Shown: piece after piece, positions 32,009 to 43,900 of the stretch | How positions within the stretch are numbered: position 1 is the stretch's first letter | Layout: each line of letters begins with the position of its first letter | Source: Amoebidium appalachense | Taxonomy: Eukaryota; Protista; Ichthyosporea | Assembly (NCBI GenBank): GCA_963693365.1 | Contig: CAVNZM010000015.1 | Span: 6,039,507-6,103,506, forward strand | Reading direction: 5' to 3' | DNA: 64,000 nucleotides | Notes under the pieces: generated by a model | What the model saw: only the letters and a program-made list of their open reading frames with translations | Told to the model about the DNA's origin: nothing | Databases searched by the model: none | Program-made: the position numbers and the translations under genes

Positions 32009-32305
32009 GGTTAAGATCTCGCAGGCCACCAGCCGATCATGATCTGATTCATGCGATCGGACTGGATAACGATACCATCTTCCAACATCCCCACTCAGGA
32101 CGAATCGCAGAATCAGGTTAGGGTGGACTGCCCCCTCAGTCCCCACTGAACCTCTGTTCATGCTACCATTTTGGATTTTGTCCTGGTGCAGAGACTAGCG
32201 ATCTTGCTAGCCTTGAGATCACAACCTAACCACTGCCGATGGTTGTGATGACGCCAGTAAAGGCGTGCTGGCTTTTACCCCAGCGAGAAGAGGATGAGAA
32301 AAAGA

Positions 32306-32378
32306 TGATCCCGACGGGATTTGAACCCGCGACCCCTCTATCTCCGGTCGAGTGCTCTACCAACTGAGCTACGAGATC
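32306..32378 (-). tRNA. tRNA-like unit in TRIM 5' LTR (pseudo-tRNA, GGA)
   Basis: Same 73-nt cloverleaf as 19398-19470. Confidence 0.75.
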
Positions 32379-34528
32379 GGTTAAGATCTCGCAGGCCACC
32401 AGCCGATCATGATCTGATTCATGCGATCGGACTGGATAACGATACCATCTTCCAACATTGCCCTTGCTGCCTACGTGGATGACTTCACCGTGACGGCCGC
32501 CACTGATGCGCTCATCGACGATTTTTTCACCAAGCTGGATGCTCGTTTCTCTGCCAAGGACCTGGGTCGTCCTACCCTGCTCATCGGGCACACTCTTACC
32601 TGGCTGGAGGACGGGTCTCTGCGTCTGGGCCATCGTCAACACCGACATGTTCACCAAGGCCCTGTCTGCCTCTTTCTTCACCAAGGCCGTGGGGATGCTC
32701 AACATGTGCTGAGCACCCGTCATCAACCAACTGCGCCCTCATACTTCAGGGGGGGGAGAGAGTTGCATCCGACTGTGCAACTACGTGTACCATACTAAAA
32801 TTGAGTAGGGGAATCTTTATTGTCTGTATTTTGTGCACCTGAAGCACTCGAGTTCAGTTGCATTAGTTCATACCACAATTATCCAATTGAGTAGGGGTGT
32901 TGGAGTACACTGGTACTCCCGGCTAGCAATGTCTGTTAGAGAAAGTTTCTGAGCAATTGAATAATTGTTTCAACACTCACTCGAGTGCATAGAGCTTTTG
33001 TTTACGGTCATATTCATATATGGTAGTTATATGTTTGAGCCAAAACTGTACCAATGACGAGCTTCACTAGCAACGTGCTAATTGTGCTCATTAATTAATA
33101 TTCCCGGTTCAGATGATGTCATGTCTATATTTGCCACAGGATTCTATTCTTAGAGTGGTAGTGTGCTTTATTCCCGGATATTCTCAGAATATTTTTAGTT
33201 GTGTGAAGTAAGATTTATGTTTAACTGCAATTGGTGTGTTAAACACGTTTATTTGTGTGCTTTAGTGCAAGTTAACTAGCCACTCAACGTGCACAGTTAA
33301 CTTTTATATCTTTAACGACTTGTTTTCATTGTGCTCTCTTTTCGGCCATGCTGTACATGGCCCACCACCAGGGTGCACACGAGGCCACCATGAGGTGGCC
33401 AACGACTATATAAAGCAGTGCCTCCCATGTCACAAACATGGGAAGCAGAACGTTTGATTTACACTTTTCTACTGTCGTTTTCAGTGCACAAAACACATAG
33501 ACAAGTTACCCATCATACACGACACTATGTCTGACAACTTACAGTTGCAGCAACTAGTCCAACTACTGGAGCAGAGGTTGGCCTCACAAGATGCAATCAT
33601 TTCTGACTTACAGAAGGAACAACGTGCACTAGAACTAGCTTCTATGAACACGATGTCCAACAGTAGCCGGGCCCTGCATCTTGTTTTCGGAGATGGCAAT
33701 GTGCAGCTCTCGGCAGAGTTGCAGGAAGGTGGATAGGTGACGTTGGCACTGCTCTTGGGTGGGGGCGACTATAATCCAGTCGTCTACGTAGTGGCGGATG
33801 AGGGTAACACCGTGCTGGTGTGCCAGCCACTGTAGGGTGGCCGCGATCCGTTCCCAGATGGCTGGGCTAGATTTCAGGCCGAAGGGCAGTCTGGTTTCAA
33901 CGTAAAATTGCCCCTGCCATTTGAATGCCATTAAGTGATGGTCTTCTGGTCGGATGGGCATGTGCCGGAAGGCGGCCTGCACATCTGCCACGGCCATGTA
34001 GCAGCCGGGGCCTGCGTCGAGAATGAGCTGGGTGACATCCCGGGCGCGAATGTACTGAAGTTCGTCGGGGTAGGTGATGCTGTCATTGACACTGCTACCC
34101 CGGGGCCAGGAGAGGTGGTGGATTCGACGGTACTTGGGGGGGTTCCCTTTCTTGGTAACGGCGCCGATGGGGGAGGAACGGTGGACCGGAAATTCGTCAA
34201 AGAATTGGGCCGGGGAGAGGGGGCCGCGCAGGTGGCCGAGCGCGACTTCTTTGGCAATATCCGCCGTGATAGCGGCAGCTGCCTCCGGGGTGGTGGGTAG
34301 GTTGGGGCCCACCCGAGAGGTGGAGGGGCCGCGATAGCCGATGTCGACACCGAATTCGACATCGTGGAGGAGTTGTGCGGCGAATGATTGGTCTGGGTAG
34401 GAGGCCAGCAGTTCCCGGAGGCGGGAGGTGTCAATGTGGTGCTGGGGCAGCGGGCGGGCCTCCGGGTCTGAGCCTCGGGGGAAGGGGTGGTTAGCAAGGG
34501 TGGGGCACCCTCGGGGAGATCCCGGCAG

Positions 34529-34565
<37 letters not shown>

Positions 34566-34953
34566 CAGGGCCCCGGGGGGTTAGAGTAGGGCAGCTGGGC
34601 CCGAGGGAGGGTTGACAGGGAGGGCAGCGGGGCCCTGTGCAGGGGAATGTGCCCGAGCACGCGGGGGTGTGGGCGGACACAGAGGTAGAAGAAGGGGGGA
34701 GGGAGTGCTAGGTGAGTGTAAGGGGGGGGGGAGGCTCGTGGGATGGGGGGGGGAGTAAAATTATGTGCAGTGGCCAGAATAAACGTCTTTGTGTAGGGAC
34801 ATTTATTCTTGACGCGCGCGGGCGCCGTAGTTGGCCTGCGAAATTTTGTACTCAGCCCTATTGGCCCATTCTCCCGAGCTCCGTTTCCTTGTACTCGTGT
34901 GTCCTAGCTCCTAACCCCTATGTTCTAGCTGTGTGTGTGGGTGTGCGCGTAGA

Positions 34954-36127
34954 CTAGGCATTGTGCTTGTAGTCTTTGCGGGGGTGTGTGCCAGAGCAGA
35001 GAGGGCACACGTGGGAGAAGGGGCAGGGCTGCTTAGCGCAGGACCGACCGTTAATGTGGAAATTCCTGCAGTGCGTCGCGGGTAGATCCACGGGTCGGGC
35101 CGGTTTTGCCGGGCCGGGTTGCGGGCCAGGGCGGTTAGGGGTTTGACCCCCGCCGGGCTTGTGGGGCGGCTTAAAGCCGTCAAGACCACAGCCGGGCTTG
35201 GGGTACATGGGGCAGGCCGCGCTGGGGTGGTCGGGGAAGCCACAGCGCTGACATGCGTCCGGGATGAGCAGAGTGGGTGGCAGGAAGAGATCCTGGTGGA
35301 GTTGGGCGAGCAGGTTGGGACACTCGATCGGAGCCCGACCCTGCTGGTGGGCAACGGTACGGGCGTATACGTCATAGTTGTGGATCTGGGCCCACGGGTA
35401 TCGGGTGCTAAGGCGAGTGATGTGCTGAGTCCAAAGGACGTCCTTGTCCGTGGGGAGGCCGAGGTGGTGCTTGGCGGCCATGTAATGGGTCCAAGCTTGG
35501 ATCCAAATGACGAGTGAACGCAGGGGGACGGGTTTGTCATGGCGAAAAGTCTCGATGCTGCCGTCGTCGGCCATGCGCAGCTGCTGACCTTTCTTGGATG
35601 GGGCCAGGAGGGCTGCGGGGGTGAACTTATACAGGTCGACGAAACGATTGGCGCGCAAATCTGCCAGCACATCCGCGGGGGGAAGCGGGAGTGTGCCCGG
35701 CTGAATGTCGCCAGTGTTCTCACCTGTGATGGGGGGCGCAGGCAGGGCAGGTAGGTCTAGGTCAGGGCCGAGATGCAGCCCCGGGGAAACCTCCCCGGGT
35801 GCGGAGGGCGCGGCGGGGGGCGCGGGAGGGTCGCGGTTGGTGAGAGCAGCCAGGACGCCAGCCATCTGGGTGCTGATGGCGGTGAGGGCGGCAAGGACGG
35901 CGTCTTGAGAAGTCATCTGCGGGGACGGACAGCGGGGCGTGAGGGGGGATTTCAGGAGTGGAGGGGAGAGTAGCCGGCGGGTCCGGGTCCGTGGTGGTAT
36001 GGGCCGCTGGAGGCGCGTCAGTGTCCCCGGGAGCGTTGGTCAGCCTGTGGCGGAGGTCGCTGCGGGTCAGGCGCTTAGGTGCCGCGGCAGGGGCGGTGGC
36101 TGAGGCCTGGCGCTTTTTCGGCGGCAT
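34954..36127 (-). pseudogene. gag-like ORF1 of Ngaro copy 1 (frameshift near 35920)
   Basis: Colinear with intact 46592-47761; C-terminal Cys/His fingers. Confidence 0.85.
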
Positions 36128-37013
36128 GCTGACCGGCGTAGGGAAAGATAGGGAGAGTGAAAAGAAAATATAGCTGTAAAGCTGTAGGTGCTAAACACAG
36201 AAGATGTGTTTGTTGCTTGCTGATCTGCTAAAAACTGTCGTGCTTATATACCCAAGGCTACCGAACTGAGCCAATCAAAATCGATCTAGTGTTATGTGAA
36301 ATCTGATCCTGAGCCAATCAAACTTGGTCTAGTGATCTGTGGAATCTGATGTTTTGATCGGCTAATAGGTGCCCGTATGCGGGCCGCCGAACGCGAACTG
36401 CTAAAACACGAAACGAAGCCTGTTGATATCGGACACCCATCCTACGTGTTTACCCAGAAAAATATTTATGTCAATAATTTCCACAAATAAAACCCAAACG
36501 GAAGAAGCACACAACGACGGTTGCCTCTGAAGACTCGGAAGATGACGGTAGCCAATGACGATATATGAATATATATAGAAGAAAACAACTAGTGTATGTG
36601 TGATGTGTTGGTGGCTAATGATTTATACTGGGGACCACCCAGATAAACACAAGGCATGAACATCTTGTGGACTGATTTATAGACTGGTGGTCAACCAGTT
36701 AAGACACGGGGAATGAGCATCCCGAGGACTAGGTTTAGACTGGCAGTCAACCAGCACGCCATGGCTATAGATAATTATTTATACTGGGACGCCATCCCAG
36801 TTCGACAGATATATAAGTCGAATATAAAAGAAAACCAATATATATGATGGTATATAAATAAACGACGGATGGTGGAGAAGAAATCCCCACTGAAGATGCA
36901 CACACTGAAGATCGATGAAGACAGCAGTAGACTTTCGTTGGGAGGTGTCTCTACACGGTGATGTGTAGACAACTGGCCAGGACCCCAACCTACTTGAAGA
37001 CCACTGTAGATGA

Positions 37014-37047
<34 letters not shown>

Positions 37048-38174
37048 GGGGGGGGGCAGGCTCAGTCACGAAGACTGAGTGAAGCACGGTGCTGCTCGTG
37101 GGAGGGCCCGGGCAGGGGCTTGGTGAAGATGTCAGCCACGTTGTCTTTGCTGGACACGTAGGTGACGACCACATCCCCACTCTTGATGTAGTCCTTCGTG
37201 TTGTGGTACCGGACTGCAATGTGTTCATCAGCAAACATCTCCCGGCATCTTTTTCCCGTCTCAAACCAGTCTGGGACATCCTAAACCCGTAACCCATCCT
37301 GAACCATACCCTTTGTAACCGTTATTAGTTAGAGATGACTCCAAGCTATCCCTAACCCGTCCGGCTTTAGCAGGCGATATTAAAGACATCTCTGTAAGTA
37401 CGTCCTTAGCATATCTGTAACCCGGCGAAACCCTATCCCGTGTTCCATCTGTTTCCTCCCCCAAGCATATCTTAGAGCCGTCACGGTCTTTGTTATGTCT
37501 TAAACGAATCTATAAAAAGACAATATTTATGAACTTTTACTAAAAAGATATCCCCAGCATATCTGTAAGCTATCGATCAGCCGTCTACAAGAGCGCTTTG
37601 CGATCACCAATATCCATCTTTAATACTACTTTATGTGGTTCAGACGAGCATATATGGCATACTTAACACCTCTTGAAGAATTTGCAGAGATATATTACAG
37701 ATATGTTGTGGTTAACCTAAATGTATCCTTACGATGTAGTTATGTAATATGTTATTTCAGTTTAACACGAGTTGTCGACTTTAGGACGTACTAAAAGCAA
37801 CTCACCGATAGGCTAGGGATATTTTTATTGGTACATAGTGACACAAACAAGATATGCGTGAGACGTATTTACGTCATAATATAGATTCATCATGTCAATT
37901 GAGGAAAAGACACAATTAATATACACTTTAGACGGCTTTAGGACGGCCTACCGTTATATATGGTCGCTCCCATAGATAGAATAATTATATATTCATAGTT
38001 CTGGTAAGAGCACCGGAAGATTTCTTGATGCAATTTTAAAGCCATCTTTCAGGATGTTCTAAAAGTCACACTAAAAAGACCGTCGTCATCCTTAAAGTCA
38101 TCTGTTGGATGGCTGGAGGTTGTCGTGATGATATCTTAAACCCCCACCTCCCTCCTCCTCCCCCCCCCCCCCCC

Positions 38175-38745
38175 CACCCCACATGAACCTTTGACGATCG
38201 ATGACGACGATGAGGTGCCAGACCCACAGGGTCTTTTCCTGGGGACCACCACCCACCCCACATGAACCTTTGACGATCGATGACGACGACGAGGTGCCAG
38301 ACCCACAGGGTCTTGCCTCCATACTTTATTTACCTTAACAGGACAAAGAGCCGGTACCCACCTATGGGTGCTAAACATGCACATGATCATTCATGTGCTA
38401 TAACTTGAAGAGCAACACAGAAACGAAACACGGAAACAACAGCAGCCATAGGACAAAGAGCCCCAGACCCACAGGGTCTTGCCTCCATACTTTATTTACC
38501 TTAACAGGACAAAGAGCCGGTACCCACCTATGGGTGCTAAACATGCACATGATCATTCGTGTGCTATAAGAGCAACACAGAAACGAAACACGGAAACAAC
38601 AGCAGCCATAGGACAAAGAGCCCCAGACCCACAGGGTCTTGCCTCCATACTTTATTTACCTTAACAGGACAAAGAGCCGGTACCCACCTATGAAACGAAA
38701 AACGGAAACAACAGCAGCCATAGGACAAAGAGCCGGTACCCACCT
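38175..38745. repeat. Nested tandem duplications (about 80-bp and 160-170-bp units)
   Basis: CACCCCACATGAACC...CCACAGGGTCTT twice; GCCTCCATACTTTATTTACC...GGTACCCACC three times. Confidence 0.85.
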
Positions 38746-39828
38746 CTAGATGATAACGTAGCCTTATAGCTGCTGATGACTTCATGGGCCAACCTTGCCA
38801 AAACCTGTAAAGGAACTCGAGCTAAGAATTAGCTCATCCTACTTGCGAGAAGTGGGGGGGAGGGGGGGGGGGGGGGGGGGGACTGAGGGGGCTGACTGAG
38901 AGTGGCAAAAAAAGAGTCGACAGAACGAACCTCAAACATAGTAAGGACGGAAACCCGGACCAGAACTTATGAAGTCTAGAGAAGCAGAAAATAGCTTGAA
39001 CGATCGGTGGAGGGGATGATAGCTATAGTGCTAACAGCAAAAGTAGTGCCGTGGCACAGTCGCTGGTTCAGGAACGTGAAAGGCAACGTGCATCTGCAGC
39101 CAGCAGACACACGCACACGCACGCACACACACACACATACACACACACACACATCTATGAAAACTACTCCGGGACGTGTGTTGCCTCTAGGGGGACATCC
39201 CCTTGGACGAAAGTGAACCTGCAATGGTTGTAAACCACGGCAGGCCCCCAGTCATCAATTTATTGATCCGTGAGGTCCTTGTGCCCAAAAAACGGGGGAA
39301 GTCTTCGCCCCGTGAAAAAACAGCACGTATGTGGGGATCAATGGGGGTTGAGTGTAGGGTGTAGGTGGGTGGGTGAAAAAGAGAAATATAGCTGTAAAGC
39401 TGTAGGTGCTAAACACAGAAGATGTGTTGTTGCCTGCTGATCTGCTAAAAACTGTCGTGCTTATATACCTACGGCTACCGAACTGAGCCAATCAAAACCG
39501 ATCTAGTGTTATGTGAAATCTTATCCTGAGCCAATCAGACTCGGTCTAGTGATCTGTGGAATCTGGTGTTTTGATCGGCTAATAGGTGCCCGTATGCGGG
39601 CAGCCGAACGCGAACTGCTCAAACATGAAACAAAGCCTGTTGATATCGGACACCCATCCTACGTGTTTACCCAGAAAAATATTTATGTCAATAATTTCCA
39701 CAAATAAAACCTCTATGAAAACTACTCCGGGACGTGTGTTGCCTCTAGGGGGACATCCCCTTGGACGAAAGTGAACCTGCAATGGTTGTAAACCACGGCA
39801 CGAGAGCAGTATGCTTGCTCCAAAGGTT

Positions 39829-40860
39829 TCACTTAAGAATAGAGGCGAATACACGTGTGGTAGTGGCAGCAATGGAGGCCGGACGAAGTCGTGTATAGAT
39901 CAGGAAACAGTCGGAGGACCACCTGCCGAGTTGTTTGATCCGGGAGTCGTCGACCCCGGCCTCAGCCAGTGCTGTGGCCCCCCCGATGCGGAGGCTGTGT
40001 CCGGCAAACCGGGAGGGTGAGAGGCCTGCCCGGGAGAGGAGGGCACGGAAGTCGGCAGAGAAAGCACTCTTGGTGTAGGGGATGCCACCGAGACTGAAGA
40101 GGGGGTCGTCGGGTTGACCGGACGTTGTATCCAGGAACTGCCGGAGGAGATGGGCTGGGGAGAAGTGGGTGAGGGGCAGGGCAGCTAGGGTGATGTTGAC
40201 ACCTCGGGCCTGTACATCCGTCTTAGAGGTTGGCAGGTGGAGGGTGGCATGGGACAAAGTACCGGTGGGGGTGTAGGTGAAGGTCACGTCTTTCCGTTTA
40301 ACGTGACGGGACGGGTTGAAAGAAGTCAGGGTCTTGGAGGTAAATTCCCCTGACCGGAGGAGGCCACAGAAACCGACGATGAGGGCTGTCCATAGCCGGA
40401 GATTGGCCGAGGAGGCCTTTGTGGGGCACTGGCCATGAAGTAGGCTGAGGTGGGAGGGCAGGAGGGGTTCCCTGGTTGATGAGCGGGGTCGGATGTTGTG
40501 AGAAAGCTGCCATCTGCCCACCCCCCGTAGGAACCAGGCCAGAGACTTGTCGTGGGGGTAGGGAGCAGGGAGGCCCATGTCGAGGTGGAGCCTGGTGATG
40601 GCTGAATTGTAGCCGGTTAAGGAAGAGGCCTGTACCCCTCGTTGGGCACACCAGGCGAGAAAAAGTTGCACGGTGTGTGGGGAGGCCGGGAGGGAGGACC
40701 CGGAGGGGGATTGCAGTCGAGATGCCACACAGAAATCGATGAACACTTTCTGCACCCGGGAGTAGAAGGCCCGAGAGTCGAGGTTGAGACTCAGGGCCTG
40801 GCATTCCTGCAGGGTAGTGGTGGCTCGAAGCAGCTCGGCCGGAGCAAAGTGGGGGGCCAA
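39829..40860 (-). CDS. Tyrosine recombinase (343 aa, intact; start uncertain)
   Basis: Catalytic R (LLRSGE), K (SKTD), HxxR (HSLRIG), W (GRW), Y (FLIY). Confidence 0.92.
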   Translation of the reverse strand: MAPHFAPAELLRATTTLQECQALSLNLDSRAFYSRVQKVFIDFCVASRLQSPSGSSLPASPHTVQLFLAWCAQRGVQASSLTGYNSAITRLHLDMGLPAPYPHDKSLAWFLRGVGRWQLSHNIRPRSSTREPLLPSHLSLLHGQCPTKASSANLRLWTALIVGFCGLLRSGEFTSKTLTSFNPSRHVKRKDVTFTYTPTGTLSHATLHLPTSKTDVQARGVNITLAALPLTHFSPAHLLRQFLDTTSGQPDDPLFSLGGIPYTKSAFSADFRALLSRAGLSPSRFAGHSLRIGGATALAEAGVDDSRIKQLGRWSSDCFLIYTRLRPASIAATTTRVFASILK

Positions 40861-40916
40861 TCTGCCAGCGTTGCTCCGGAACGGGAGATCTGGGGGGGGG
40901 GGGGGGGGGGGGGGGG

Positions 40917-43900
40917 TTAGCCCAAGGGAAGGGATAGGAACTCGTGGACCCAGGAGGGGAAGGGGCAGGGCTCCGGTTGCAGGGAAGGTCGGAGTCGTCG
41001 GGCCCGGGGAAGTTGGTTACGAGAAATGGCATCGGCCAGATGGTTGAGGGGTCCTGGTAGGTAGGATGCCTGTAACGTAAATTGGTATTGCATTTCCATG
41101 CGGGTGATGAACCGAATGAGTTTGGCCATCACGGGGTGGGGGGAAGACCGGGAGTGTAGGTCAGACACAGCACCCGTGTTGTCGCATAAAATACGGACAT
41201 GGTGGGTGGACCAGGAGGGGGCCCAGAGGGCCACGGCGGCTGCGATGGCCAGGAGTTCGATGACGGAAGAACCTAGTTTACCCTCATGAGCATAGAGGGC
41301 TTGGGTGGAGGGGGACCAGGGCATGAAGAACCATTGGTCGAGCCAGTGGCCTCCTAGACCCACCGATCCGGCAGCATCGGTGGCCAGGGTGGTGTATGTG
41401 GGGGGTGTAATGAGGTGCACCCCATTCCATGATGTGAGGAACTGGTGCCATTCGGCTATGTCGGCCCGGGCGGCAGCCGTCAGTCGTATGTGGTGGTGGC
41501 CGGCAAGGTGTGGGTGGGTCCGGAGAAGGGCCCATAGGCGCTGGGAGAAGGCCCTCCCGGGGGGAACCAGCTGGGCACACCAGGTGAGTTTGCCGAGGAG
41601 GGACTGGAGGCCCCGAATGGTGATGGTGGGCTTTGGGTGGGAAGTGAGGTCGAGTAGGTCCGAGAGCTTGGAAGCCGGGATTCGTGCCTCCATGGCGATG
41701 GAGTCGAATTCGATACCGATGAAGACGACACGGGTAGCCGGGCCCTACATCTTGTCTTCGGAGATGGCAATGTGCAGCTCTCGGCAGAGTTGCAGGAAGG
41801 TGGATAGGTGACGTTGGCACTGCTCTTGTGTGGGGGCGACTATAATCCAGTCGTCTACGTAGTGGCGGATGAGGGTAGTACCGTGCTGGTGTGCCAGCCA
41901 CTGTAGGGTGGCCGCGATCCGTTCCCAGATGGCTGGGCTAGATTTCAGGCCGAAGGGCAGTCGGGTTTCAACGTAAAAATGCCCCAACCATTTGAATGCC
42001 ATTAAGTGATGGTCTTCTGGTCGGATGGGCATGTGTCGGAAGGCAGCCTGCACATCTGCCACGGCCATATAGCAGCCGGGGCCTGCGTCAAGAATGAGCT
42101 GGGTGACGTCCCGGGCGCGAATGTACTGAAGTTCGTCGGGGTAGTGTAAACAACTGTACACATGAACTGTACATGTTTACTAAAGAATGTGATCTACTAG
42201 CACACGATTCGTGCTTTGTCATGAATAGCACATAAATATTATGTCCGCACCAATAGGACTCACTCTGACCTAAGAATTGGACCATATATGGTTCTACCGC
42301 TGCATACCACATCAACGAAGTGAACCAATAAGATGTTTTTACAGCTTAAATAGGACGAAGGTCTGACTGGCTCGGACCGCACCAGAATCACGAATGGCAT
42401 GTTGCCACCCGCGCTGGCCGTGGATGAACCAATCCTGGGCCTTGATCCGAAACCTGGGGGCTATATAAGAAAGCCGTCCCAGTACGGGGATCACATCAGT
42501 GAAGTCTAGTCTGAGACAGACTGAGTCGGCCCATAGTAAAAGCAATCTGGCCGTGTGTGCCTTTCTACCCGTTCTCTGTCTTTATGTTGATTCAGTTGTA
42601 CTCTGCCTTATCCTAACTAGTCCAACTGTTTACATTGGCGACCGCGCAGTTCAAGAATCTCGCATCCTTCGAATCTCACATCTTTCAATCAGTTCAAGAA
42701 TCTCACATCTTTCAATCAGCTCAAGAATCTCCCATGGCCGATCACAATCCTTATTACCCCGATGATAGGCACATCTTTCCTTGTCCGGCTTAGAATATAT
42801 ACACCGACAAGTTTGAAGTGGCCAGCCCACCTACACGGAAAGAATTGAAAGCATGTAAAACTTCTTTTGCTACGACACATCAAAAATGTGAAGAAAAACG
42901 AATACACAACGAAACAACGAATACACGAACAAACGAATAAAGAATTGCTAACGAAGCAATGAACCAACGAAAAACGAACCATCACGAATACGCAATGAAA
43001 TAAAGAATTAACGACAAGCGAATGCATAGAGGAAATACGAAATGAATGCAACACAAAACAAAACAAAGTAACGAAGTTATCAAACGACAAAAAACGAAAA
43101 ACGAAAGCAAAATGAAATGGAAATACGAAAATGAAAGAACGAATGCACAACACTGCTTGGGTTCAATGCACACAGCCCCCTCTATGTTACGAAGAAAAGA
43201 AAACCGTTGCCCTTGCGTGCATTGCGCTATTGCACACTGTCATCGTGTCCATGCCACCGCATGCACCTCCACACTCGCAAGCCAGATGCACGGCCACTTT
43301 CAGCACGAATGCATTTAAAGAAGAAGATAGTCGCTGTTCCTATAGCATTGAGGACATAAGGTGCTGTGAAAGTAGTTTTGCATGCATGCTTCGAATTTCT
43401 TGCTGTTTTCGAATACAGCATGCCCCATAGTTTAGCGCACAGGATGCACAACATGCGCATGAATGTATGCTGGCATGCCTAAACACATTACGAACATATG
43501 CCTCATGTATGGCGGCCCTTCCTGGTGCCACGCCCTAACGAATTTGCACTCTTGGTGCACAAAAGGCATGTAATAAAGTCGATGCAGAACTTTTGTTCAT
43601 GCATGTGAAAAACAAAGAAGGTGTTGGGTACGAATTTTAAGGTGAATGCCCGTCTGTGGCAATACTGTGTAACATACCAATTACACTGTCAAGCCTTGCA
43701 CTAGCTGCCGGCACACCCCCACCAGAACAAAAGAATGTGGTATGGGCACCGTTCCCTCACAACCCCAGCATACAGTGTCAGTATTTTGGCTGGAAGCCTT
43801 TCAGTTTCGAATTACGAATACCCTCCTTCACTACTGAAGAAAGTGACGTGGAAGACGAATACGAATACGAATGCAAGGTGTTGTTGACTAACACATCGGA

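Larger units (their letters stand above)
31799..32457 (-). mobile_element. TRIM (659 bp) with tRNA-like Pol III units in both LTRs (Cassandra/Ajax-like architecture)
   Basis: TSD TTGCC (31794-31798 / 32458-32462); two apparently identical 289-bp LTRs (31799-32087, 32169-32457); 81-bp interior with PBS TGGTAGCA and PPT GAGTGGGGA. Confidence 0.95.
28461..32712 (+). pseudogene. Copia B gag-pol, disrupted
   Basis: gag starts inside the LTR; frameshift in the CHGCGKPG knuckle; LDSGVTDH, WHYRLGH, QSDGGGEY, KARLVARG; YVDD resumes after the TRIM; then jumps to DMFTKAL. Confidence 0.9.
27832..33662 (+). mobile_element. Ty1/Copia LTR retrotransposon B (defective: frameshifts, TRIM insertion, RT/RNase H deletion)
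   Basis: TSD GTAGC; 765-bp LTRs 27832-28596 and 32898-33662 (TGTTGG...CCAACA); PBS GGTTATGGGCCC at 28598; PPT GAGTAGGGG. Confidence 0.95.
27007..34660 (-). pseudogene. RT/RNase H of Ngaro copy 1 (34660-33663 plus 27831-27007), split by Copia B
   Basis: KYRRIHHLSWP, DVQAAFRH, LPFGLKSSP, YVDD; TDAAG, IELLA, CDN, ADAISR. Confidence 0.9.
18283..36494 (-). mobile_element. Ngaro/DIRS-type tyrosine-recombinase retrotransposon, copy 1 (interrupted by two Copia elements)
   Basis: Split direct repeats A1 36157-36494, B1 18842-18930, A2 18504-18841, B2 18283-18371; gag, RT (YVDD)/RNase H and YR ORFs; no TSD. Confidence 0.93.

Noticed and set aside
38175-38745. CRISPR-like repeat-spacer array
   Set aside because: Overlapping tandem duplications without distinct spacers
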